Source: an uncultured Pseudomonadales bacterium
GTDB taxonomy: Bacteria > Patescibacteriota > Microgenomatia > UBA1400 > UBA1396
Length of the DNA: 64,000 bases
Assembly (NCBI GenBank): GCA_964598125.1
Contig: CAZRAG010000002.1
Span: 373-64,372 of the forward strand
Direction of reading: 5' to 3'
Shown here: in pieces, positions 48,701 to 57,377 of the stretch
Layout: every line of letters starts with the position of its first letter
Numbering within the stretch: position 1 is the stretch's first letter
Notes under the pieces: generated by a model
Told to the model about the DNA's origin: nothing
Seen by the model: only the letters and a program-made list of their open reading frames with translations
The model's database searches: none
Program-made: the position numbers and the translations under genes

Positions 48701-51065
48701 GGCGCCCTATTTTGAAATTGTCAGCAATGGTCAGTTGCAAATGTATTCGTATCAGCTGAACCCGAATGGCTGGCATTCCAGTACAGTGAATCCAGGTGAT
48801 AATGTTTGGACACACGTAGCCGTTTCCTATGATGGCGTGTATCTGCGATTGTTTGTAAACGGAAAGCAGACAAAAGAAGTTGCCGCTTCTCAGCTTCGTT
48901 ACTTTGACGACACGACCCACCTTGGATCTCTTTCGAATATTCGGTGGTTTGCCGGTGATATTGATGAGGTGAAGGTGTACGACTACGCCCGTACCACCCA
49001 ACAAATTGTCCAGGACATGAATGCAGGTCATCCGGTTGGTGGCAGTCCAGTGGGGAGTCAGTTGGCGTACTGGAAGCTAGATGAAGCGAATGGAACAACG
49101 GTACATGACAGCGTTTCCAGTAATGTGGGTACCATTGCCAGTCCTATTTGGTCAAACAGCTGCAAAACAAATAGCTGTCTGCAGTTTGACGCTACGGATC
49201 GATCAGTCACCGGAAACTTAGCAAGTTCAGTGGCAAATCAATCTTTTACTATCACTGGTTGGATTTTTCAGGATAGCGACGCCCCGTCCGCAAACAGTTG
49301 GTTCTCTTTAGGCGGTGGTGGGACAAACAGCTGGATCCACCTGCGCATGTATTCCAACGGTACCATGCGTTTTGGTTTTTACTCTAATGACTTGGATTCT
49401 CCTTCTGGTGTTTTTACGCGCAATGTTTGGCATCATGTGGCGTATACCTATGATGCGGCGAGTAAAGTTCGTGGTATCTGGCTTGATGGAAAACAAGTGG
49501 CGAGTGCCGTTTCAACCTCAGATTTTTTGGGTTCGGCTGCTTATACCATTGGTAAATTTGCTAGCGAATACTGGAAAGGAAAAGTGGATGAAGTCAAAAT
49601 GTACTCCTCTGCCCTTACCGCCGAACAAATCGCCATTGATATGAATGGCGGCGCCTCTACCAATTATGGGACGGGAAGTAATGAGGCGGCCTCTCTGAAT
49701 GATGGTGCTGGTGACGCGCCCATCTTGGAATATAACTTTGATGAAATGACGGGAACAACCGCCAAAGATACCAGCGGTCAAAATGGCAACGGGACAATTA
49801 ATGGTGCCACTTGGAATGCCACCGGCAAGAGTGGCAGTGCCCTGGAATTCGATGGCAGCTCGGGTTACGTGGATTTGTATAGTTCGAGTTTTGCAAATGC
49901 TTTCAACACGGCTGAAGGAACGGTTCATGCATGGGTAAAAGTGAGAGATAGTTCTGTCTGGTCCGACAGCACCCTTCGAAGAATTTTTCTCATCCGTACA
50001 GATATTAACAATTACGTCTCCGTATACAAGTTAGCGGATAATCAACTTTCTGGAATCTACAGAGCTAATGGCGTAAGTGAATCGGTGAGTTTTACTCAAA
50101 CTCCAACTGACTTTTTCTTGGTAACTATTACTTGGAGTAAATCCGATGACGAGGTGAGGGTGTATTTCAACGGAAAACAACAGGGATCCACCCAAACCGG
50201 TTTAGATACCTGGGTTGGAAGCCTCAGTACGAATATGTGTTTGCTTGGTTCCAATAGTATGCCGTCGGCTACGTATGTGTGGAATGGCCTTATCGACCAA
50301 GTTCGAATCTATGATTACGCCCGCACTCCCGCTCAGATCTCTTACGATTACAATCGTGGGGCACCAGTGGCCCAGTACAAGTTTGATGAGTGCCAGGGGG
50401 CAACGGTTTACGACACCAGTGGCAACAACTTGCATGGAACTTGGAGTGGCAGCAGCGGGACGCAAACTTCGGTGGGTACTTGTACCACCAGTGGTTCGGC
50501 TTGGGGAAATGGCGCCAGTGGAAAGTATTCAAGTAGTCTCAACTTTGATGGCTCAGACGACATGATTACCGTTCCCCACCCAACTGGTGGCCAACTCGAC
50601 TTTGGCAGTACATCCAGCTTTAGCATGGCTGCTTGGGTAAAAACAAGCGACACCACCGGAACATACCACACCATTTTAGAAAAGGGTGGATACTCCACAA
50701 CCAGCCGCTTTACCTTGTTTACCTATGGTGACGGAAAAGCTCGCGTCTATATTGCCGATGGCACGACAAGTCGGAATATCCAAAGCAATAGCACCGTCAA
50801 TGACGGCCAATGGCACCATATTGTGGGACAGATAAATCGTGAGGACTCCACCATTCAAATTTTCATTGACGGAAAACTTGATCAAACTGCCCCCCTGAAT
50901 TTGTCTGGATCAGTAACGAGTACCAACGTTTTACGAATTGGTGGACCTGGACCTTTTTCATTCAACGGACAAATAGATGATGTCCAAATTTTTAACTACG
51001 CTTTGTCTGCCGACCAAATTGCCAAGGTGTACAACCAGGGCTCGTCGATCCGGTTTGGGAACTAA
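45720..51065 (+). CDS. giant surface protein 3 (1781 aa), DUF2341-like + multi-LamG paralog
   Basis: 'WWNPGWAYRQRIAITN' DUF2341-like signature, then LamG repeats. GTG start 6 nt after TACAAT. Shares the conserved C-terminal module 'YDYARTPAQISYDYNRGAPVAQYKFDECQG...SGSAWGNGASGK'. Confidence 0.85.
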   Translation: MGVTKVRSVSARRAIPKIGWPFSRFSFRLPTLTFTKKRSRWPLLVALLFLLIALPTAFYLNSRTPKVEAAWWNPGWAYRQRIAITNSNGSDLTDFQVSFTLDTAALITNGKLQNDCDDLRITDHLGKELPFWIEENNPGCNNSATKIWTKVPNIPTSGAALYVYYGNISATNNEKGNEVFPFFDGFNSAALNTQIWGNTGTYNFASGAITVTAGAVYSKSTILSTNQNYVYEMRSKWAAGGSQWAGLDIASTQSVLSSNSGASALTFFMTLNGTPTLGAYVSSGVSGYNVTGGTSQFTTTPNTYEVIGYTHTPTTLSFYRNQTLTNSYSDTANFAPYVWLGYFMGAGSGSQDIMDMTVDWVRVRKYAATSPATTLATEESTPGPVAHWKFDEGGGSAIKDSSGNNRTGTLSNATWSTGDCVSENCLQFNGTNGYADTGYDYSMEYNSSTSFSVWIRPSTINTGGKVKTILGKVSYEYILSQLDDTIMFRQWTDSGNDTIAIQTPSILEANQWYQITLVYDGTAHTTNLYVNGTLQASGANLQPSFVNRTETLKIGYGYGWNVSPTPYFSGKIDEVKIFPYALTAAQIKKELNFGSAVTVGFENQGSLGEGLVAYWPMNETTGTTIADYSGNNATVTLTNAQETGTSEAAGTTTLVVDADNATISNYDDAYNGMVMEVTGGAGCGIGSGSSNRIRFITDYVGATKTFTVGSAFPAETDNCTFQVLHQSRGKFGGGVYLDGVNHEGGNDTMELTDIRFDSDDPWSYSVWHRIPAGSTVNWNSFFGGPQSGYGGYWQYHGGGNLMWYQDYYESTVYGINDSVVNFGDELPYDKWFMLTLTYTPTDTLHGTAKIYVDSELVHSRSVTLSARTTYFTVDKLAGAGGRSFEGHMDEARLYNRVLADSEIVNLYRWAPKPKAYYPLDEGTGTTTIDKGGGTSVTASSTTWTAGKYGQALHFNGTSSTVDIPNISHPYAFTKMAWVKIHAADCVNESRCSILAPYFEIVSNGQLQMYSYQLNPNGWHSSTVNPGDNVWTHVAVSYDGVYLRLFVNGKQTKEVAASQLRYFDDTTHLGSLSNIRWFAGDIDEVKVYDYARTTQQIVQDMNAGHPVGGSPVGSQLAYWKLDEANGTTVHDSVSSNVGTIASPIWSNSCKTNSCLQFDATDRSVTGNLASSVANQSFTITGWIFQDSDAPSANSWFSLGGGGTNSWIHLRMYSNGTMRFGFYSNDLDSPSGVFTRNVWHHVAYTYDAASKVRGIWLDGKQVASAVSTSDFLGSAAYTIGKFASEYWKGKVDEVKMYSSALTAEQIAIDMNGGASTNYGTGSNEAASLNDGAGDAPILEYNFDEMTGTTAKDTSGQNGNGTINGATWNATGKSGSALEFDGSSGYVDLYSSSFANAFNTAEGTVHAWVKVRDSSVWSDSTLRRIFLIRTDINNYVSVYKLADNQLSGIYRANGVSESVSFTQTPTDFFLVTITWSKSDDEVRVYFNGKQQGSTQTGLDTWVGSLSTNMCLLGSNSMPSATYVWNGLIDQVRIYDYARTPAQISYDYNRGAPVAQYKFDECQGATVYDTSGNNLHGTWSGSSGTQTSVGTCTTSGSAWGNGASGKYSSSLNFDGSDDMITVPHPTGGQLDFGSTSSFSMAAWVKTSDTTGTYHTILEKGGYSTTSRFTLFTYGDGKARVYIADGTTSRNIQSNSTVNDGQWHHIVGQINREDSTIQIFIDGKLDQTAPLNLSGSVTSTNVLRIGGPGPFSFNGQIDDVQIFNYALSADQIAKVYNQGSSIRFGN

Positions 51066-51077
51066 AAAGACAAGCAT

Positions 51078-51165
51078 TCAGGAATATCTTCGCACACACT
51101 TTAGCCTGGAAGGATATTCCTAGGAATATCCTTCCAGAGGAAAACATTGGTAAAGATATTCCTTG
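51078..51165. repeat. nested palindromic element, family A, copy 2, lying between giant genes 3 and 4
   Basis: 'TCAGGAATATCTTC...CCTGGAAGGATATTCCTAGGAATATCCTTCCAGAGG...GTAAAGATATTCCTTG'. Confidence 0.8.
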
Positions 51166-51204
51166 CACGTAGTCCACGTATGGCAATTCCTTTACAATGA
51201 ATGG

Positions 51205-54200
51205 GTGGGAGTTACCAAGTTACAATCAGTCTCGGTGCGCCGCCGGCAAAGCAGGCGGCGAGGGTTTCGGGCATTCCGACTTGCTGGTTTTCGATTTCCC
51301 AAAGTCCCCTTTTCGTTACCCCATTTGCTAACCAACAAACAACTCCTTAACCCACGCCGTTCTCGTTGGCCGCTCCTTTTGGGCATTTTGTTTTTACTGA
51401 TTGGCATTCCGACAGCATTTTGGCTCAACTCCCAAACAGAGGAGGTTGCCGCCTGGTGGAACCCTGGCTGGATGTACCGCCAACGTGTCGATATCACCAA
51501 TGGCAGCGGCAGTAATTTAACTGATTTTCAAATTGGCTTTACTCTCGACACCGCTGCACTCATCACTGCTAGCAAACTACAAAATGATTGTGATGACCTA
51601 CGAATTACTGACCATCAGGGGACTGAACTCCCGTACTGGATTGAAGAAAATAGTCCTGGTTGTAATAATGCTGCAACTAAAATTTGGGTGAAGTTACCTT
51701 CAATTCCAACAAGTGGTGGATCATTCTTTCTGTACTACGGAAATGCTCAGGCTATAAAGTCGGCAGACCAAAATGGAAACAAGGTTTTTGTCTTTTTTGA
51801 TGATTTTTCAGCCACTTCCATCGACGCCTCAAAATGGACACAAGGAACAATCGCCGCCACCTCTGGAACAAATTTTTCTATTTCATCAGGCAAGCTGATT
51901 GGCGGAAATACGAACCGCTACATTCAATCGGTCAACACCTTTACAGGTGATTACATAGCCGAGACTAGGGTTTATGAAACAACCGCTGCCAATAATGGGT
52001 TTACCAGCATCGGCTTTTATGCTTCTTCGAGTAACACCATTAGCATCCTTAACCATAGCGGAACATTTTATGTACGAAACGACTCCGCTTGGCCAAGTTA
52101 TGGAAGCTACACAAAAGATCAATGGGAACACGACAAAATTAAAGTCGTTGGAACAACGGCCACACTCTGGAAAGTTGGAGAATCGTCGGGTTCGCTCACA
52201 GGATCCCCAACAAATAGCGGAATTAGTGGCGAGTACTTTCGAATTGGTCCTCGTGGTGATGATGGCGCATACAATCAAAATTATTCTGCCTCTTGGGACT
52301 GGGTGTATGTGCGCAAAGCCGTCACAACCGAACCTTCAACCTCACTCCAATCCGAAGAAACCACCCCGGGACCCGCCGCCTACTGGAAGCTCGATGAGGG
52401 AAGTGGAAGCACCATCAAAGATTCGGTCAACAATAACACCGGTACCATCAATGGCGCCGAGTGGAAACCGGAAACTGAGTGCGTTTCCGGAAAATGTCTC
52501 TACTTTGATGGCACAACTGACTTTGTTTCGGTGGCCAATAACAAAACGCTTAACCCCACTGAACAACTCTCTGTTTCCTTGTGGGTGAAAAATCAGCGAG
52601 CCACTGGCAAACATACCTTTTTACTCAAAAAGGCCAATGGGGTTGGCGGCTATGGCTTTTATTTAACAACCACGGACACTCTCAGTTTTTTTGTGTACTA
52701 CTTTTCGGGTAGTCCTAACTATCAATTTTGCGAAATTCCTGCTTATACCCTTCCCAAAGATCAGTGGACCCATCTCACTGGCCAGTTCAAGACCAATGAT
52801 TTCCTTAAAATTTTTGTAAATGGCGTAGAAAAAGTAAGTTGTGTCCCCAGTCAGAGCACCAATCTTGGCGTTGATACCAGCACTTTAAATTTGGGATACC
52901 AAGGGTGGTGGGGAGCAGACAATGCTTACTTTAAAGGATATCTCGATGAAATAAAAATCTTCCCCTACGCCCGTACTCAGGAACAAATTCTGCAGGACTA
53001 CAACCTTGGTTCAGCAGTGGCAATTGGTCAGCAACAGCAGTCGTACATGAGTGAAGGCTTAGTGGGCTACTGGAAAATGGATGAAGCCAGTGGCACCACG
53101 GTAGCCGATGCCTCCGGCAATGGACGAACCGGCACCCTCACCAACGCCCAAGAAACTGGCACCGGCGAAGCGGCTGGAACAAACACAACGCTGGTAGATG
53201 CTGACAATACGGCACTATCCGCCGACGACGATACCTATAACGAAATGATTCTGGAGGTTACTGGTGGCGTTGGCTGCGGTATTGCTATCGGGCAAAAAAG
53301 GTTCATCTCTGACTATACCGGATCCACCAAGACTCTCACTGTTTCCTCTGCCTTTACGGCCGAAACCGATAGTTGTACTTTTTTGATTGACCATCATGGC
53401 ACCGGCAAGTTTGGTTCTGGATTGGCTTGTTCCGGAAAATCTTCTGGAGCAAATAGCGGTGATTTTGTGAGTGTTTCTCTTCCCAGCATGAATGAAGTAA
53501 GTGCCTTTACCTGGTATAAATTTCACCCACGAGGAACTGGCTCAAACACCATTATGCGCATGCAAAATGATGACATTGGAATAACCATCAATCCAAGCGG
53601 CCCGTCGCGTTTCCACATTGACTCATATGCCACGCTCTTTTCCTACATCGATATTCCCAATTCAGCTGATGGAAATTGGCATTACATTGGCCTCACCTAT
53701 GACGGCACCACTATGACGGCTTACTTTGATGGCCAAGCCATTGGCACGAAAACAGGAAGCTACAGCATCGCCGCTGGAACCATGAATATTGGTGATCGTA
53801 GCGACGGCTATGGAGAACATTTCAATGGCTGGATTGACGAAACGCGCGTCTACAACCGCGCCCTCAAACCAGACGAAATAGCCAGCCTCTACCGGTTTGC
53901 ACCAGGTCCAGTGGGTTACTGGAAAATGGATGATGGCAGTGGGAGCACCGCTACCGACAGTTCCGGCAATGGCAACAATGCCGCCCTCGACGGTTCGACC
54001 TATTGGCGTGATGGAAAGTTTGGAGGATCTCTCCTCAATAGTTTTTCAAGTGGGTCGGATGGAGTTATCACCCAGACCGCAATCTTAAATCCTCTCGCTC
54101 CAAATCTGACTGTTGAAGCCTGGTTCAAGGTGAACGCCTACAACGCTACCCACTGGCAAACCATTGTTGAAGGCAGTGGAAGTCTCAATGCAGGTACAGG

Positions 54201-56556
54201 CTATTACCTTGGCTTCCCACCAGCATCAAGTACTAACCTTTACTGGCGGGTGGGTAATGGTACCGTCTTCGACGCGGACATCAACTACGCGAATCACGGA
54301 ATTCAAGTTGGCGATTGGGTCCATGTCGCCGGAACTCTCGGGCCAACGACTGCCAAAATGTATGTTAACGGAAAACTTGTCAAGACGGATCCCCACACCA
54401 TTTTCAATATCGGATATGGCGTCTATCCCATTACCATTGGCAGTCTCTCCTATGCAACAGGCGCCCACACTCTTGACGGTTTGATCGATGAAGTCCGCAT
54501 TTACAACTACGAACGAACGGCTCAGCAAATCGTTGAAGACATGAATGCTGGCCACCCCGCAGGCGGAAGTCCCGTGGGAAGTCAACTCAGCTATTGGCCT
54601 TTTGATGAGCAAAATGGAACAGTTGCTCACGATCGTACCCAGACACAAAATCTCACCGTTACAAGCGCGAGCTGGAAATCTCAATCAGACTGCAAGGTGA
54701 ATGGCTGTTTGGACTTTGACAACGGCGTAGCTGGCAGTACCGCTTATTTCGATGACACGACCGCCAGTATTTATGATCTCACGAACGATTTTACATTTGG
54801 CGCCTGGGTGTATCGAACAGGCACACCAGAATCCCAAGCCAGAATTATTAGCAAAGGAGACCGATATCTTTTATACACAACCAATACCAATATTGTGCAG
54901 TGTCACATGCAGGGGCTTACGCCGACAGCTCTATCTGCAACATCTGCTCTGCCACTCAACTCATGGACTCATGTACTGTGTACGTACAAAGACAATGTCC
55001 GCAAACTCTACATTGATGGTGTCCTCAATGCACAAGACGCTCCCACCGGAACCATGACTCCTGATGATCTTGACCTGGTCATTGGTAACTTTAGTACACC
55101 AGGTGATAGTTATCGTTTCCGGGGAAAGATTGACGAAGTAAAGCTCTATTCTTCTGCTCTCACAGCGGAACAGGTTAAACTCGAAGTGAATCAAGGCTCT
55201 TCGGTGGCTTATGGAGGAACAACAAGTGAAGCCTCCGATTTAAGTGATGGAGCAGGCAATCCGCCGGTCTTGGAATGGAAATTTGACGATAAAACCGGCA
55301 CCTCGGTTACCGACACCAGCGGTAATGGCAATAACGGCAGCATTGTTTCGACACCGAGCTGGAAGTCGAGCAGTTCGTGCAACGAAGGATCTTGTCTCGA
55401 ATTTACCTCAAATTCCCAGTATGTTACGGCTGCCGACCCTGGCACCAGTGTTCTCGATATTACCGGACCAGTAACTCTGGAGGCTTGGGTATGGTGGGAT
55501 CAGTTCAAGGATTACGGTGTTGTTGCCAATAAAGGAAGCGGAGGCACAGCCGCAACATTCAACTATGGTATCTGGTCATATTCAACATCGATAAACTGTT
55601 TTATCGGCAATGGTACAGCAACCAATAGCTTGGGATATAACGCTGCCCTTGTTAGTACTAATGCTTGGCACCATCTTGTGTGTGTCGCTGATGGAACAAA
55701 TCTTTCCATGTATATTGATGGCAAACGAGTAACTCAAGTGGGCCAAACAGTCACTCCCGCCGCTAACAATGCAGCCTTTATTGTGGGAGAAAATGGTCGA
55801 TCAGTTGATGGGAAAATCGATACTGTTAAAGTCTACAACTACGCCCGTACTCCCGCCCAAATCGCCTATGATTACAACCGCGGTACACCTATCGCCCACT
55901 GGAAACTCGATGAGTGCCAAGGCACCACTCTCAACGATAGCAGTGGCAACAACTATTCCGGAACCTGGAGCGGCAGTGGCGGCACGCAAACCTCAGCCGG
56001 CACCTGCACCACCGCCAGCACCGCTTGGGGAAATGGTGAGTCAGGAAAGTTTAATGGGAGCCTTAATTTTGATGGTACAGATGACAGGATTTCGATTCCA
56101 GGTGCCACAAATATCACGGTAGGAAATGATATTACCGTTTCGGCCTGGGTAAAAACCACAGCTTACTCTCAAGAACCATTTGTCAGCAATCGGTCTGGGG
56201 CTGGTGGCCGAATGTACTTTGGTTTGGGTTTGGGGAAAGCCTTTTTATATTACAGTGGTGCATCTCCAGCAGGAGTCAACGGGACAGCTCGCATTGACGA
56301 CAACGTTTGGCATCACGTAGTTTATGTCCGTTCAGGCACAACCACTACGCTCTATGTAGATGGAAAACAGGATGCCACAGCCACTCAGACTGGTGTTGGT
56401 GCATATGCCGACACCATGTATGTTGCTCATGATGTAGCCAATAATGAATATTATCCTGGACAAATTGACGACATCCAAATCTTTAACTACGCCCTTTCGG
56501 CTGATCAAATCGCCAAACTCTATAATGGCAGTTCGGCTGTTCGTTTTGATGATTAA
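51205..56556 (+). CDS. giant surface protein 4 (~1783 aa from the GTG start), DUF2341-like + multi-LamG paralog
   Basis: 'WWNPGWMYRQRVDITN' DUF2341-like signature, then LamG repeats. The conserved GTGGGAGTTACCAAG start lies 6 nt after TACAAT, and the ORF-track ATG at 51163 is upstream of that promoter. C-terminal module 'YNYARTPAQIAYDYNRGTPIAHWKLDECQG'. Confidence 0.85.
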   Translation: MGVTKLQSVSVRRRQSRRRGFRAFRLAGFRFPKVPFSLPHLLTNKQLLNPRRSRWPLLLGILFLLIGIPTAFWLNSQTEEVAAWWNPGWMYRQRVDITNGSGSNLTDFQIGFTLDTAALITASKLQNDCDDLRITDHQGTELPYWIEENSPGCNNAATKIWVKLPSIPTSGGSFFLYYGNAQAIKSADQNGNKVFVFFDDFSATSIDASKWTQGTIAATSGTNFSISSGKLIGGNTNRYIQSVNTFTGDYIAETRVYETTAANNGFTSIGFYASSSNTISILNHSGTFYVRNDSAWPSYGSYTKDQWEHDKIKVVGTTATLWKVGESSGSLTGSPTNSGISGEYFRIGPRGDDGAYNQNYSASWDWVYVRKAVTTEPSTSLQSEETTPGPAAYWKLDEGSGSTIKDSVNNNTGTINGAEWKPETECVSGKCLYFDGTTDFVSVANNKTLNPTEQLSVSLWVKNQRATGKHTFLLKKANGVGGYGFYLTTTDTLSFFVYYFSGSPNYQFCEIPAYTLPKDQWTHLTGQFKTNDFLKIFVNGVEKVSCVPSQSTNLGVDTSTLNLGYQGWWGADNAYFKGYLDEIKIFPYARTQEQILQDYNLGSAVAIGQQQQSYMSEGLVGYWKMDEASGTTVADASGNGRTGTLTNAQETGTGEAAGTNTTLVDADNTALSADDDTYNEMILEVTGGVGCGIAIGQKRFISDYTGSTKTLTVSSAFTAETDSCTFLIDHHGTGKFGSGLACSGKSSGANSGDFVSVSLPSMNEVSAFTWYKFHPRGTGSNTIMRMQNDDIGITINPSGPSRFHIDSYATLFSYIDIPNSADGNWHYIGLTYDGTTMTAYFDGQAIGTKTGSYSIAAGTMNIGDRSDGYGEHFNGWIDETRVYNRALKPDEIASLYRFAPGPVGYWKMDDGSGSTATDSSGNGNNAALDGSTYWRDGKFGGSLLNSFSSGSDGVITQTAILNPLAPNLTVEAWFKVNAYNATHWQTIVEGSGSLNAGTGYYLGFPPASSTNLYWRVGNGTVFDADINYANHGIQVGDWVHVAGTLGPTTAKMYVNGKLVKTDPHTIFNIGYGVYPITIGSLSYATGAHTLDGLIDEVRIYNYERTAQQIVEDMNAGHPAGGSPVGSQLSYWPFDEQNGTVAHDRTQTQNLTVTSASWKSQSDCKVNGCLDFDNGVAGSTAYFDDTTASIYDLTNDFTFGAWVYRTGTPESQARIISKGDRYLLYTTNTNIVQCHMQGLTPTALSATSALPLNSWTHVLCTYKDNVRKLYIDGVLNAQDAPTGTMTPDDLDLVIGNFSTPGDSYRFRGKIDEVKLYSSALTAEQVKLEVNQGSSVAYGGTTSEASDLSDGAGNPPVLEWKFDDKTGTSVTDTSGNGNNGSIVSTPSWKSSSSCNEGSCLEFTSNSQYVTAADPGTSVLDITGPVTLEAWVWWDQFKDYGVVANKGSGGTAATFNYGIWSYSTSINCFIGNGTATNSLGYNAALVSTNAWHHLVCVADGTNLSMYIDGKRVTQVGQTVTPAANNAAFIVGENGRSVDGKIDTVKVYNYARTPAQIAYDYNRGTPIAHWKLDECQGTTLNDSSGNNYSGTWSGSGGTQTSAGTCTTASTAWGNGESGKFNGSLNFDGTDDRISIPGATNITVGNDITVSAWVKTTAYSQEPFVSNRSGAGGRMYFGLGLGKAFLYYSGASPAGVNGTARIDDNVWHHVVYVRSGTTTTLYVDGKQDATATQTGVGAYADTMYVAHDVANNEYYPGQIDDIQIFNYALSADQIAKLYNGSSAVRFDD

Positions 56557-56626
56557 TGACTCTTATTTCTTGATAGAAATGGCGCTTTTCTCTCGCTAAA
56601 AGTAATTGTGATAAACTACCTTTTTA

Positions 56627-56854
56627 ATGACCCATCGAACAAATTCCCATGAGGGAAACAAACCCCTGTTAAAAGATTCCAGCTTCTGGACCCAAGTTGT
56701 TTTGCCCCTCCTTATGGCTGCGGCCGCTGGAATAGGCATTGGTAAAATCGCCGATGATGCTGGTCGGAGGTGGGAACAGGAAATGCAGTCTCGTAATGAG
56801 GCTGTTAGTTCTCCCGCTGATGTTCAGCCACCAAGCTCGGTTGATATGCGATGA
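56627..56854 (+). CDS. possible small membrane protein. Weak call.
   Basis: 75-aa ORF with a hydrophobic 'VVLPLLMAAAAGIGIG' stretch. Confidence 0.25.
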   Translation: MTHRTNSHEGNKPLLKDSSFWTQVVLPLLMAAAAGIGIGKIADDAGRRWEQEMQSRNEAVSSPADVQPPSSVDMR

Positions 56855-56930
56855 GCTCACTCTCGTAGTGGAATAATTTCATTGCATTAAACTCTCAAGG
56901 CTTTCGCCTTCGTAAGAAAGAAGAGGATTT

Positions 56931-56951
56931 TTTGTGGACCCAAGGAGATTC
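56931..56951. repeat. 21-bp direct repeat of the tRNA-Ala 3' end plus trailer ('TTTGTGGACCCAAGGAGATTC'), att-like
   Basis: Identical copy at 57164-57184, overlapping the tRNA-Ala 3' end. Confidence 0.75.
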
Positions 56952-57167
56952 AGAGCTTGCTCGCTCATTTCAGCATAACTTCGTTACTGGCTGATTCGCT
57001 GCGCTTCCTCAGATAGTTGAGCGTAATGCGCCTCGCGGTATCAGTTTCTCTTTCGAATACCCGCTCGTGTGCATTACTTTGCTCAAGTATCGAACTCGCC
57101 TACGGCTGAATTCACCTCCAGCGGGATTCACAAACAAAAAATCCGCCCATGGCGGATATTTCGTTTG

Positions 57168-57240
57168 TGGACCCAAGGAGATTCGAACTCCTGACCTCTT
57201 CATTGCAAATGAAGCGCTCTACCAACTGAGCCATGGGCCC
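57168..57240 (-). tRNA. tRNA-Ala (anticodon TGC)
   Basis: Acceptor GGGCCCA with a G3:U70 pair, anticodon loop 'TTTGCAA', T-loop GGTTCGAATCC. 73 nt, CCA not encoded. The terminator hairpin 'ATCCGCCATGGGCGGAT' + T-run follows on the minus strand. Confidence 0.85.
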
Positions 57241-57377
57241 AACCACCGAGTTGTTCTTTTAGATATTTTCTCTTTTTGACAAAATCTAAAACAATTTTCT
57301 TCTCCATCAAAGTTTTTACTTTACAACGAATCTCAAGGCTTTAGCCTTCGTGAGGTGTAAGGGGAAAACTTTGATTG

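Noticed and set aside
51163-51204. ATG at 51163 as start of giant gene 4
   Set aside because: It lies upstream of the conserved TACAAT-N6-GTG promoter and start geometry shared by all four paralogs, so the GTG at 51205 is preferred.
34414-56556. Diversity-generating retroelement (DGR) targeting the giant proteins
   Set aside because: No reverse-transcriptase ORF, no template/variable repeat pair with adenine-specific mismatches, and the proteins end in LamG rather than C-type-lectin variable regions. The conserved blocks are ordinary paralog conservation.
56557-57167. 23S rRNA expected downstream of tRNA-Ala
   Set aside because: The sequence after tRNA-Ala is a terminator followed by non-rRNA-like sequence. 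No 23S 5' signature is present, so the tRNA pair is treated as stand-alone.
57009-57279. 64-aa and 70-aa ORFs over tRNA-Ala
   Set aside because: They overlap the tRNA gene and its terminator.
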